Made by a program: the position numbers and the translations under genes. DNA of 63,925 nt, the filler included, from Gonapodya sp. JEL0774 (lineage: Eukaryota): assembly GCA_027604505.1 (NCBI GenBank). It is 5 parts of 5 records of this genome, joined end to end, with 100 filler letters (N's around TTAATTAATTAA, not from the genome) between each part and the next. Parts side by side here need not be neighbours in the genome. Positions count along the whole stretch, not along the records: positions 27,335 to 40,779 come from JADIIX010000327.1; positions 40,880 to 54,184 come from JADIIX010000328.1; 3 more parts are not named here. One strand, 5' to 3'. A model generated the notes under the pieces. The model worked only from the letters and a program-made list of their open reading frames with translations. It had not been told where the DNA came from and searched no databases. Below are positions 34,758 through 47,686 of the stretch, piece after piece. Position 1 is the first letter of the stretch. Each line of letters starts with the position of its first letter.

Positions 34758-37700
34758 GTCTATCATACAAATATATAGTACACACACACACAACATCACT
34801 TATATCCAAACTCCTCCTGATTATGAACATCATGATCCATCAGTAATCTCTGTTATGCCCATAGTAGCTCTGTGCTTTTCAAAGATTTCCTTTGGTAAGG
34901 ACTAGGTTAAAAGATCAGCAGTATTCCAACGTGTTGGCACAGAAAGTAATTGAAGAGTCTTTTCTTAATCTTCTCATGTACGAAGAAATATTTGATGTCA
35001 AAGTGTTTGATCATTCGATGATTCTTTTCATTGTGCGCGAAGGAGACTGCGCCTTTGATGTCACCAAGCAAATCTTCTGGTTTGCCTCTTCCAATGAATT
35101 CAACATTATCTTTCAGAGATTGTCCAAGCTCCATAGAAATATTCTTGAGCCATAAAAGCTCCTTCACTGCATGATGCTGAGAGACAAATTCAGCATATTG
35201 TTGTCGAGTCTGTCAGCTGTTCTTGCTTGTTAGAACTCCAGCTAGTAGCTTCCCCTGACAACGTAAGCACATAACCCCTCCTGTGACTTCCAATCAAATT
35301 TGTCGGAATTCAGACTTTGGGCAGTCTGCACGAGAGAGAAAGGCGCCTTGTGTCATTGGGGTAGATGCAGGAAGGCTATCTAACATTCCAAATTCTTCCC
35401 AAAGAGCAGTAATCTTCATCTCATTATTAATAGTAATGGTACGAGTATACAAGTCCCGAAAAATTTGAGATCCAAGGAAGCCACACAAAGTTCCCTGAAA
35501 AGCTTTCCAACGCTTGGCTAATTCTGCAACACATCTTGATTTTGCTTGTCTGTCTTTGCAATCGAGAGACCATCATCCACATGTGTGCCACACGCCATAC
35601 AGCATTTGGGATCCTCTGGAGCACGGACCAAGAGAGCATTATCACAAGCAAGTTGCTTAATCCCATATCCTTTAGAGGCTTCATGAGTAATTCCTGCCAA
35701 ACATTGGCTGCTTGCTTGAGTCCATATAAATATTTTCGCAGTTTGCAAACAAAACCAGGCTTGCTAAACCCATGTGGTTGTACAAGGTCAACATTTTCAA
35801 CAAGATTACCAATTAAAAACAAATTTCCAATATCAAATTGTAAATTTGCATCGCCATCCTGCACTGCTGTGGCTAAAAGAATCTTCACAGATTTACCATT
35901 CATCGTGGCAGCAAAAGTTTGATTGTAGTCAATTCCATGATTCTGCATAAATGCACGTGCACACCAACATGCTTTGAAATGTATGTTGTCATCTTCTAAT
36001 GCCTTTGCTGCATAGACCCATTCACCAGTGAGAATCAGGTGACCTTTGGGAACAGATTCAATGGGTACTAGATTCCAAGTACCAAATTCATTCTGCATTG
36101 CGCCATTGCAATACTCTTTATAATCAGAAACATGTGCTGCCTTATAATTGCTCGGAGTAGGGACCTTGTCTGGTGTTTGTGGTAAAACCCATTTATGGTT
36201 GTCTGTGATGTTAATGTAAGATGCCGGATCATAGAACGGGTCTGTAATAATATCCCAACTTTGTTCCAAAGTTTCTCTCTGAATCAGTTAGCTCCTCATT
36301 ATCATCCATAGTAATATCTGGCAGTCTAACTTCTGGATCTGCATCCACATTCAAATTCTGCAAACTCTTCCCCTGGTCAATATTAGCACCAATGTCCAGA
36401 ATCCCAACATCATCTAAAACCTGCAAGCTCTCCCCCTGATCCACAACATTATGAACATTGTTCCCCCTGGCGGGAACCATACTAACAAGTCGAGGTAAAC
36501 GTGCCTTAAAACCTGTCGGAGGAGAAGGAATCTCCACAACTAAATCTGTGTTGTGTTTGGGGGTAGGTGGGCTGGTTGGAGGCTGCTTAATTGCAAAGGT
36601 AGGGCAACTAGCTTTAACAGCTTTAGTGGGCTGAACTCTGACAACTGGTGCACCAGTTTCAACAATTCGTGAAGGTTGAATTCTGACAACAGGTCCATCG
36701 ATTTTAAAATGCTTAGTTTGCGTTACTCTACCAAAAGGGTTGCCAGTTTTAACAGGAGCAGGTGCCATAACTCTAACGATAGGATTTCCAGGTTGAACTG
36801 GTGCAGATGGCAGAAAGGGTGGTAACGCACTACCATGTACTTGTAAAACAGGACCTTTGCCCTTGTGAATAACTCCACATTTGGTGGGAGTGTCAGGTGG
36901 TTCATGTTCAGCGCCAGAAACGGGCTTTGGCTTTGTAGGTGCCAGAGGGACTTGAGAATGTTTCATACTCTGAGTAACCCGTTTTGGTGGAGGATCATCA
37001 CCATCATCACTGTCATAATTTGCATAGCCTTGAATAGGTATCAATAAAGGTGCAGTATCAGGTTTAGCAGTATTAAAATCTTCAACACTAGGAAATTTGT
37101 CTTCGTAATCTAATTTCAAAGTGTGACCCAAATGAGGTAAGTACTATGAACGTATAAAAGCTTCTTCCAAAATTCTTCATTGCAAGAGCGCCAAACAGTT
37201 TGTGCTTGAGGATCCCATAATTTGTACACGGTGGAGTCAACATCATATCCAATCAGATAACAACCATCTGATTGAGTCTGTAACTTGTTCTGTGATCCAT
37301 CTTTATTCTTCACAATGGCTCTGCATCCAAGTACACATAAGTGATCCAAGTTCACCTGTCGCTTCATTAACAATTCCCATGGTATCTGACCTTTTTGTGC
37401 AGAGGAGGGAGAGCAGTTTTGAAGATAATTAATTGTTCCAAAAGCTCATACCACAATAAGTTGGGTTGACCAGACATAATCAGAGCACTACACAAATTTT
37501 AAACATCTGTGCGTATAAATTGTTCTGCAATTCCCTTACTGGAAGAAGATTGCGGTAGTGACGGTTCAATTCAAATACACAATCCGCCATCCACTGTTCC
37601 ATTTCATTGTTCTTTAAAATTTCCCCCATCGTTATCGCTGTGAAGAACGTTTACTTTTAAACCATCAAATTGGTTTTCGCAAAAGATAATCAATTCACGA

Positions 37701-37875
37701 AGAAGGTGTGATGCTTGTGCTTTGGAGCACATCCCTCTGACCCATCCATAGGAGGTAGCATCGTCTTGAACTTTCAAGAAATACTGAATTCCCCCAATTG
37801 CAGCGTAACCAGGGGGAACTGGACCACATAAATCAGCATGTGAGCTTTTGCCTAGATGAGTTGTGCATTGTCTCT
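34758..37875 (-). mobile_element. Degenerate Ty1/copia retrotransposon 3 (integrase-RT-RNase H, PPT, partial 3' LTR); AT-richer, different family
   Basis: HADLCGP, LHSDN, HLCVLGC (integrase); GEWVY..K, GIDYNQTFA, QFDIGNLFL, KLRKYLYGLKQA, THVDDGL (RT); KHFDIKYFFV, ADLLT*SLP (RNase H); PPT AGGAGGAG near 34815. Confidence 0.9.
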
Positions 37876-38231
37876 ATGAGTATACAAGTTAGACTGTGCG
37901 GTGCGCAGACTTCACCGTGTGGTGCACACCACGCACAGTTCATTCTCCTATATATAGAATACTATAATAGGAAACATAACTGTGTGGTCCGTACTACTAT
38001 GTAGCAACAAAGTTGCCACAGGTGCCACAAGAGTGACTGTCTCCCATCAAGCCAATTTCAAGTCCCTAGAAAATTGTGGTGCTTGGCTATAGCTGCGCTA
38101 AGTGATAAGTTCGTTGTTGTGTGTTTCAGATGTTGGCAGAAGCGAAGGAAAAGCACCTTCAGTGACAGGACCATCGAATACAACACACCTCGTCACCCAT
38201 CTTTGTCATCCTTAACGTCAACGTCGGGGAG

Positions 38232-40779
38232 ATGGCCAACAGAGTCCCGGAGACTCCTCCGCGCAATGGCTCTAGTAGCGGAGGACAAGACATGTCTCCG
38301 CTTTCTCAACAGCTTTCACAAGTTGTACAACGCCTTTTGAGGCTCGCACCCGGACCGAACAAGGAGAAGACTCTGAGAATTTCGAGGCAACCTATACTGA
38401 TGAAGTTTGTTCATGATGCTGTGTCAGCAGGTGAGTGATGTGTCGCCAATTGAGGCCCTTGTGCGACTTGACAAGCTGTCTCTCGGCAGACAGCAACACA
38501 CTTGGACAGTTAATGGCAAACCTTGCAGGTGCACTTGAGCGTCAGCTGATAGATGACGAAGAGTACAACGAAACAGTGGACAAGATAGGGACGCTTCAAG
38601 TAGAGATGAACACGGCATACAAGCAGCATGCCTTGTCGCAAGCCACTTCTCCAGCAAAGAATACAAGGTCCCAATCATCCACCACCAAGGCTGTACTGCG
38701 CAATGAAAAGGCCTCAGTTGAGTCGGATGCCGAGGATGGGGTCTCCATCTCCCACTCGTAATAGCTCAGGGAATGAAGCAAAAAGCGGTATGTTTATCAG
38801 CACTCCAGTTTGATGTGAAGGGTTACTCATGTGCTCTGAACATATCAATTTCAAAGTTCTATATCTTCAGAGAATGGGTTTTGGCAAAGCAGCCGCCCAG
38901 AAAGCCATGCAGTGATACCCAGGTGACCTCCCCTGTGCCGTGGAGTTCCTAGTCCACAACTTGAGTGGACAAGCATTTATTGCATGCTGTTTTATCTCAG
39001 TTTTTTGAGCTCTTGTTATCTCACTTCAACACCACCTGCTGGGGTTTAGGCAACAGGCATCGCAGACCGCATCGCGGGAACATCGCCCACCAAACCAAAG
39101 AAGAACGCAGACTCACGTCGGCTTTTAAATCGAAATGCAATTGCTGTTGAGGCAATGAACGAGGACAGGATGACTTCCGATGAAATTGATGTCGATGCAC
39201 TTCCAGAGCGTGATTCAACATCAGGCCATGAAGATCATGGGAGCTCAATGGCTGGAAGTGAACAGGCAAATGATTCACATGACGTAGGTTGAAACTTCCT
39301 TCCCGTGTTAATATTGCTCGTGAAGATTGCTCACTATGCCTCCATGGCACAAATCAGGAGGCTCTGTTGGACACAGATAAAGTGCGGGAGGAGGAGGAGG
39401 ACAGAAGGATTGCCGTAACTAGCAAGATTGTGGTGGACGAAGTGATTTACACAACAACCACGTCATCAACCCCGCGAACTTTGCCTGGAGGAGTTGCATA
39501 CGTTATATGCACAAGGAACATGAGTGAGGAACAAAAGCAGTCAATCCTTGTAGATCAAGTGGTGAGTTATATTTTTGTGTCTACTTCCAATTTTGGGCAT
39601 AGTTTCAGAGATCACATTGCCACAAACTTCGTTCACCTGTAGTTTTCATGGGACCACTCGCACAGGACTTCAGGAACAGGCCTTTTTGATTGCTATCTGG
39701 TTCATCACAATGGAAAGGTGCGTTGTGGAAGTTGTATACCTGAGTTCTATTGCTACTCATTGCTTGTGAGAGCCTGCAGAGATGAAAATGCAGTCTGTTC
39801 TTGACTGTAAGGGAGGATGGATCTGCCCATGTGCCGATCCTGAATACAAATTAATGGTATTCAACAACTTTGAGGAAATACCAGATGAGTTTATGCCGAA
39901 GGCAGCAGGAGATGATGAATCGGTTGTGAGTATAAACAAAAGCATGAGTGTGCATGTGTTTGCAGGTCTCAATCATGCACAAATCCACGTCATCCTTTCC
40001 CAGGTGGTCACAGACAAAGGAATTGTAGACTGGGCATGTGATCAGATATACAGCGATGGTTTTGAAGGTTGTCCATTTGTTGTTTTTCGTGATGGAGGTA
40101 CATTTTCACAATGACTCGTATTTTCTTTCATTGAGCTTGTGACTAAGCAGCCATTTATTCCAATGTAGATCAGTGCAGTGGCCGCTACAAGCTCCGTCGT
40201 CTTGCCAAGGACTTGTCTCCTTTTGTTGGCTGCTCGCTCTGGAGTAAAGGGCAATCTCATTCGTTCGTAAGGATCCCACCAAAGCTTGTAAACACTCACG
40301 CCAAGGAAGAACAGATGATTGCAATGTTTGAAAAGTATGCTACTACTGACATCTGTGACTTACGCAACAAAAGATCGATCTGACATGAGCTGAAGGACGG
40401 GATTGAGAAGTCCGCGCAAGTCACCAGCCTGGACGAACGTTACTGCAACTACACGTTGAGTGCTGCATCAAAGAAGCCAAAGAAGCAATGTGGCCACCAT
40501 GACATGCCCAAGAAGCTCGTTCCAATGTTGTGTGGAGGAAAGAATGGAATGAATGGGGTTCGTGCTCGCTACTTGGTACCTGTCGACAACAGTGTCGAGT
40601 ACCTCCGGTACCCACCAGCACCCTCCTGTTGGCCAGCTACGGCTCCCTATTGCAGTTTGCAAGGATGTGCAGCAGTACTTCACAGACAATCCAGACGTCA
40701 CAGCCACAGCGTTTCTGAATGGTAAGTGCTTCCACGTTGGGTTTAGTCAACATTCTTTTGATGTGTCTTCATATAGGCA
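38232..40779 (+). pseudogene. Decayed intron-containing gene with a UBA domain and GCM/WRKY-like Cys/His cluster; probable DNA transposon (Mutator-like) relic running into the gap
   Basis: UBA MGFGKAAAQKAMQ*YPGDLPCAVEFL (about 38875-38955, internal TGA); CKGGWICP, CSGRYKL, FVGCSLW, GTHQHPP; multiple stops and frameshifts. Confidence 0.5.
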
Positions 40780-40879
40780 NNNNNNNNNNNNNNNNNNNNN
40801 NNNNNNNNNNNNNNNNNNNNNNNTTAATTAATTAANNNNNNNNNNNNNNNNNNNNNNNNNNNNNNNNNNNNNNNNNNNN

Positions 40880-42412
40880 CTGGGAGACGGTTTTAAGTCG
40901 CCGAGAATGTGCGTATTATAATTCGATTTCAGTCAACTTTGAAACCCACTAATATAGCAATATATTCCTCCTCTTCATCTTCCACGCATTCGTAACGGTG
41001 CCAGTCGCGCCATGCTTCCTCTCTACATTCTTCGTTGCAAAACATCTGTGTTGCGCAAGCCCTGCAAGGGACACAGTTGGCTGGGAGTGTATCAAGACAT
41101 CGCGCACAGACATCACGACGGTCCTTAGTGGGGACGGTCACAAATGGTGGTTCGACGAGTACCGAGAGCGGTGGTTGGAGTGCCGTCGCTGCGACAAGAC
41201 CACGCCCAGCAATTCGTGTCGATGAGATGCAGATATTCGGATGAAGTGAAGATAGGATGGGCTGTTTCGGAGACTGAGAACGAAGCGTAGAAACTTTTGT
41301 CACCGGCTTTGAATTGAAGGAGCTGCCACGTATTTGCTTCCTTGCCGTCGTGAGCTCCGCATCGATACGCTTATGCCACTTGGCAGCCTCCGGATCTATC
41401 GCATTTATAGGCTCGAGAGTTGCAAGAGCGGCGTGGTACGCGATAAGGGATTGGTGTTCCCCGTCTCTATCTGGTTCGCTGGGACGTCGCTCCTCCACCA
41501 TTCCCTTTATTAGGGCAATTAAATTCTTATTGATTTCAGACATTCGCGCCCTTGAGTCACTACGATTGTTCACAGGGAGTGATTGAGGTGTGTGACTTCG
41601 GCTATTCTGGGAGGCGGATGTTTCCACCGAGCTGTCTCGCAGCAGACAGTTGCCTACACGCGTGAGAACTTTCGCCGTAAGGACAGGCCCACGTGCTGCT
41701 TGCGGCAATTTCAACACTCGTTCGATGTCCTGAAGGCATTCGCTCCGCATTCCAAGCTCTAGGAGTACCGCAGAACGGTTCGACAAAGCCAGCGCATGAG
41801 TTGACGATTCGTTGGGAGCAGATAAGAGAGCCTGAGTATAGAAATCCAGTGCTTTTTCCCAGAGACCATCAGAGAAAGCGCGATTCCCATTCTGGCGCTC
41901 TGTCTCGGCTCGTTCCAGACTCTTCATGTGAAACAATCCTGACGACGACTTTTGTCCCTGTTTACATCCTTCTTTCCGAGAAATCATTCTACACACGTCG
42001 TCATTCCTGCCAATTAGAAGTTGTTGGATAGATTTCAGTCCTTCCTCTACCGCTCGTTGTGCATTGTGTTCTTCATATCGTCGTCGTGCATTCGTCTCGC
42101 AGACACCCTTCAGGGCATCAATCCACGATTTCCACAAGATCTTAGAGTCAATAATGTCATCGACAAGATGCAACATTCGATGGATAAGCATTCAGTCTTC
42201 CTCGAGAAGAGACCTCATGAGTGAAAGATGACCGAGGATGTGGAGATGGACTCGATGATGGACACTGCAGAGTTCAAATCAAGTAACAATGGACGAAATG
42301 CCAATCGAATTGGCTTAAGTTTTTGTTCACCGGTGCCGCTCGAGGACAGCGATGGGGTAATGGGGTTTGGAGCTGGCACTGCCGTTCCAATACGCGGCTC
42401 TGCTTGGCACAC
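40880..42412 (-). CDS. SMYD-type TPR-SET-MYND lysine methyltransferase (start uncertain; 3' end in gap)
   Basis: TPR RQNGNRAF...ALDFYTQAL...LSNRSAVLLELG; split SET GRGLVAA...VLVEPPF; MYND CARC...CRAC...FCNEECREEAW..WHRYEC. Confidence 0.85.
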
Positions 42413-42887
42413 CCAATTGGAGTCATCTCCAGTTAACCAGCCGGGATCGACCAGAAAGGAGGCGAAATCTCTGCAACAGTGACTGAGTGATTGAAAATCG
42501 GTGAGATTGGTGATGCCATGCTACGAATCAGCTGGAATCATTCGGCGCCATTGAACGGCGAAGACGTTGCCCGGGAGACCAGGATGGACACGAACGGACC
42601 CACAACTGGGTCTCTCCAAAAAAATCAACTCAGGCTTTAGTTTGGGTGGAAGGTGGGACGATGGAATTGCTGGATCGCATGATTTCGTCGGTGACGGATT
42701 ACAATCCATCGACATCTTCCGTCAACACAAGCTGAAGCGCCCACCAGCTTCGCAATGCAATTTGGAACGTTTGAATCTGTCTTCTCTTCCAAGATGATTG
42801 GTTGTTAAAAGCTTTGCCCATCCTGACCCCACCCACTTGAATGCTTAATTCCAAGCTCTAGGAGTTTCATCTCCACTTGCCACGCCA

Positions 42888-45800
42888 ATGCCTCCGAAAC
42901 CCGCAGTAAAGCACGCCATGAAAACTACCAAAGCGAAATCCAAAACCGCCCTTGCGACGGCCACCGCCTCCCTGCCCCTCTCAACGTCCAATTCCCACAA
43001 CTCTTCTAGCCACACCCTCGTGTCCTTTTTCAAGAATGCCGCAACGAAACCTACGGTTATCGATGTGAATAATGGGAAGGATATCAAGAAGGAAAACGAT
43101 TTTGATGGAGTGGGAGCTGTTATCGACATTGATGCTGGGGAGGAGTCCGATTCAGCATCTGCTCACGTACCCGAAGGTCAGTGCAACTACCGTTACTGCA
43201 ATCTGCCGTTTGAAACACTTTAATGGAGGAATTTTGGTTGCCATGTTGACCTGAACACTGGTCCATCCAATCATTTGAGTCGCAAATCAGAACAGACACA
43301 CAGATGACTCAGTTCTATATCGACACAAAAAGCATGGACGAATTAGAGACAGGGAGACCTTCGGCACTCGGAGATTTGTCACCCCTGTTTTGACCCTCAA
43401 CATCCACCACAATCTGGTCCTTTGAATTTGGATCAACCGGACTTTGCGCCGACCACTGGAATTTTTGCGCCTGACTCGTGGCGGTTGCGGTGCTCCTAAC
43501 GATATACTTTTCATATCTCAGTTCAAAACCCGTCCACCCCTGCTCCGGAAGAGTACTTCCCCTCGATCAAGCCTAAAGTCCCGGAGAAAAAGAGAAAGGC
43601 GGAAGAAGCTGAGGAAGCCGATAAAAGCATTGAAAACGTGCCGGCCACAGGTAAGGTCTTGGACCAGTTAGTGTCCCTGTTTTCTTTTAGGTCCTCATCT
43701 GTTTGTCGTCCCTCTGAAACCTATCCCAAAAAAACTCGGTGTCTTGCGGGTCTGCTTCGCAAACAGTTGAACCCGTGATGGCCGAAGGAACGAAAGGTGG
43801 GAACCACAGTCTCCGGAACCCGCATCAAAGTCACCCACATCTGTTGTTACTCCAAATTAATCCACCGAAGACTCCATGGATGTGGATGTAAAGCTGGAAG
43901 GCTTGCCGCAGATCGAAACGGAAAGTCGGTTCCAGCGTAGTTTTCGGTGAACCTTGGATGGGCTTGTTGACGTTTGTGGTCCGCCTCAGCCGTCGATCCA
44001 GACACAGCTCCCAGTCCCGCCAAACGTCCTCGGCTTGAAACATCACCATCATCCAGCTCTGCGATTCCCACAAAGACCTCCGAGCACGTTGCTCGTCTCC
44101 AGTCAGGCCGCGTCCACTTCCGGGAGCCCAAAATCCGATACACCGCCCAGCCGTGGGCAATCACGGAATTGGGACGCTGGCACAGCTGGGTCGCCCAGCA
44201 GAAAGAAGTCGGTGTTACGGAGCTAAACGAGATTCCGGATCAGTGGTTGACGTTGGTTGGAGTGATTGTCCAGGACAGGTCAGTGCGGTGCAGGGAGAAT
44301 TTCATCTCCAATTTCTGGCTAATAATGCCAGTGCTTTCGTCGCGTTGTTCCCGTCGACAAATTTTTAGTGAGCTTGAGAAAGCCACTTTGGCACGTCACG
44401 TGCTTGTTACTCTCATCCCTCCTTCGAGTAATGGTGAGGATGACGGTACCTTAACCTCCGACGCTGACGCCGAACCAGATGTCCCAGACGATCCTCCCGT
44501 TCAAAAGACGAAGAAATCCAAGGGCAAAAAGAAGGCGGCGAAGGATCCGCGAGGCGCGTTTCTGACTCTGCAGGCAGTATCCAAAGTTCTGGAGAAGGTG
44601 GCGGTTAGGAAGAATTATGGAGTGACGAGAGATGATGGAACAACAAATGCGGTCAGTTGCGTCTCCAGGCGTGGTGCCGTGATGCTGGGAAAACATTCAT
44701 GCAAAGCAAATTGACTATGTCGCGTTTCCTTAGTCGCTTTCCATCAATCGTTGGGAAGTCCACGAAGCAATTCTGCGTCAAGTCTTTCCTGCCTCTGCTG
44801 TCGAAGCATTGCTAGGCAGGAGAGCCCGCCGTGACCAGGCTCGTGAAGAACTTCGAAAGCAGCTGGAGGAAATGAGCGAGGAGGACAGAGAACGTGAAAT
44901 GGCAAGTGTGAAGAGGAAGAAGAAGGACGGGGAAGCCGACGATAAAAAGGTGAAACGGGAGGTCAAGGATGAGATGAAACACGAGGACATGCAGGAACTG
45001 AAACAAGAGGTCAGAGCAAAAGGGATGCCCGGTTCGGGAAAGTACCAAAGCTCAACTATGTACCCGTTCTCCCGTCCAGAGTTCTGATGAAAAGAAGGTT
45101 AGACCGCTACAAGACCAACCCCCTCCCCCAAATAAACCTCGGAAGCAGGCAGTACTCGGGTCTTCCGTTGTACCAGTGTCTTTACCTGTGATTGGAAATT
45201 CTGGACTCAGCTCCATATCATTGGCACCAAGTTCCGATCTGGAAGACATGGATCAAAGAGAGAGAGTAGGATCAGCAACTCCCAACTCTGCGGAAGTCAA
45301 AACTCAACTGCTGGAGAAGGTGGAGAAGGTTGTGGAGAAAGAAGTAGATCCGGTACGTAACTTATTGTGTGGTTCCCATCGTTCGTGACAAAGGATCTAT
45401 TTATGAGGACCACAGAGGAAGGAAGACATAAACTTCATTTATATATTTATTAATATCGCTGACAAAGCCCATTGACGACACGGAGGACATTGAACTCGCG
45501 ATGCGATGCAGCTAGTCGAGAATGGTTGTGGCATTCCCTTAAAACAGGCACTATCTTACGTTTCCTTTCTCTCTTCCGGATTTGACTTGGCTCTCTCTCT
45601 GTTACTCACCACGAATCTTTTGCTGTAGGAGAAGGAAGCCAAACGACGTGAGCGCGAACAGAAGAAGCTCGAGAAAGAGAAAAGGGTGAGTGTCTTCTCA
45701 CACATTGCGACAAGTGCTGTTTGGTTTGATTGTCCGACACCTTACAGGACGCAGAGAAGCTCGCGATTCAGAAGAAAACAGTTGAAGCCAAAACCAAACA

Positions 45801-47463
45801 GGCAAACTTCTTGAAGAGTTTTCTCACTAAAGCTACTCCACCGAGCGTGCCTGGGTCGGTCGCAAGTCGAGAGTCCACTGAAGTGAAGTCCGAATCAGAG
45901 CATCGGAGTACTTCTAGCATCAAGAAATTCTCGCAAGCCTTAGAGTTTGCTTTTGAAAAGCAGGATCTGAATGGTGAGAGTGGGTTATCGTTTTCGTTCA
46001 GGGATCTCTCGTTCAAATCTCTCTCGAAACTTGCCGTCCCGGCAGTCACTGTTCATACTTGGCTTTCCACAATCTCGCCAGCTGCACGTCGTTGTCATCG
46101 CACTCGTAAAGTGGTCCCAACTCCAGATGTGATGGAAATAGGCGACACACCTCCAACAACAGGACCCGTGTTTATAGCTCGCAAAAAATTGTTGCAATTT
46201 AGGAGTCTTCTCGATATTGGAGTACGCCCGGCGTGGTGGGGTGAGTCCCTGTTCGTTTTTGTGAATCCCAATAATATCAAATGAATGATCACAATTATAA
46301 CAGGACCATTTACGAAATCTTCCTCTGCCGTTCTTCCTCGTCGGCCCTTTGCAAAGGACAACGACCTGGACTATGATTTCGACAGTGAAGAAGAGTGGGA
46401 GGATGAAGAAGGCGAAGACTTGGTTAGTGAAGAAGAGGAGGAAGAGGAAATCAAAGGCAAAGATGCAGGGGAAGAAGACGAAGAAGATGATTGGCTTGTT
46501 CCTGACGGATATCTGAGTGAGGGAGAAGGGCAGGATGTGGGAGATTCTTCGAGTCGAAGTGAGTTATCTCTCCCATTCTCATATCTGCATCATGCGATAA
46601 AGGGTATTTCGGAAATAAGTCATACCACCAAAGTCCGAGACGAGGCCACGACGGCTTGAACAATTAGTACCCATTGTTGTCGGTCCGATTTGGGAGGACG
46701 AAGATTCGATCACCTCCATTCTCGGAGATTATCAAATCGAATATTTAGTGGAAGGTGAAGACTGCCCACGAAAGCATCTTTAAGCGATGTGCTTGATATT
46801 TAATCTGAACTTAAACATACAGGATCATTGATCGGAATCGATCCCTTCAAGAGCCATTCACTTAACGACTCAGAGCCCACTGACACCCCACCGAGCGGAG
46901 ATATTCAGAGCAATGGAAGCGGGGAAGGAATCTTTACAGATTCCAAGAAGATCGTCATCAAGAAAGGATCCCAACCAAAGACAATTCCACCAGAGCGGCT
47001 GAGCGAACTTGCCCTCTTTGTTCACGGTTGTGCGATGGGCATGGCGAAACTCACTGAAACACTTCTGGCCGAGAAGTTCCGAGAAGTATCCAAAACACAG
47101 CTCGAAGCCAAGATCAAAGAGTTTACAGTTAAGGAGAGCAGAAAGCACTTGTCAGGACATCGAGCCTATTTCGTAAAAGATGATGTGTGGACAGCACTGG
47201 TGAGTGTCACGCGGGTATGCCCGAAATCACTCGGCACTAAAATTACTGATGCCGACAAAATCCGGGTATGCTGGACGGAATAGAATCTGCAAGCACCAAC
47301 AGATGACGAAGTCAAAATAAAGATAGCTGAAACCTACGTGAAACCTACTCCTTCGGTTGGCAAGGAGTCTGCATCTAATGTCGCGGCATCAACACCCCGA
47401 ATTGTTGAGGACTACCCGACGGGAGAAGAAGATCGAGCAACTCAAAAATGTAATTCAGAATAA
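42888..47463 (+). CDS. RLF2: Chromatin assembly factor 1 large subunit (Cac1/Rlf2/p150)
   Basis: K/E/R-rich coiled coil, QANFLKSFL, KKLLQF...RPAWWG, PRRPFAKD.DLDYDFDSEEEWEDEEGEDL, DDWLVPDGYLSEGEG, C-terminal winged-helix (VSKTQLEAKIKE). Confidence 0.9.
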
Positions 47464-47686
47464 TTCATGGTATATCTCTTGTCTTACATAAGCGCAATTA
47501 TCGCAAATCGTGGGTATAGTATGTTCGGTACAAAACAGTGAGGCAAATACACCGATATTAGTTTTAAGCTCGTCATTGTCCTGCATGGGGGAAGCACAGC
47601 GTGTTATAGACATCCGTTTTGTCCAGTGCAGTGGGAGGCCCGAATTGTAACGAAGTGGAGCCCAAATATACGCTGCTTCAAGCCGT

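Noticed and set aside
37876..38009. Possible solo LTR (TATA-rich, ends CAACA) truncating copia 3
   Set aside because: No second copy, clear TG start or TSD in the window; cannot be supported without a genome-wide search.
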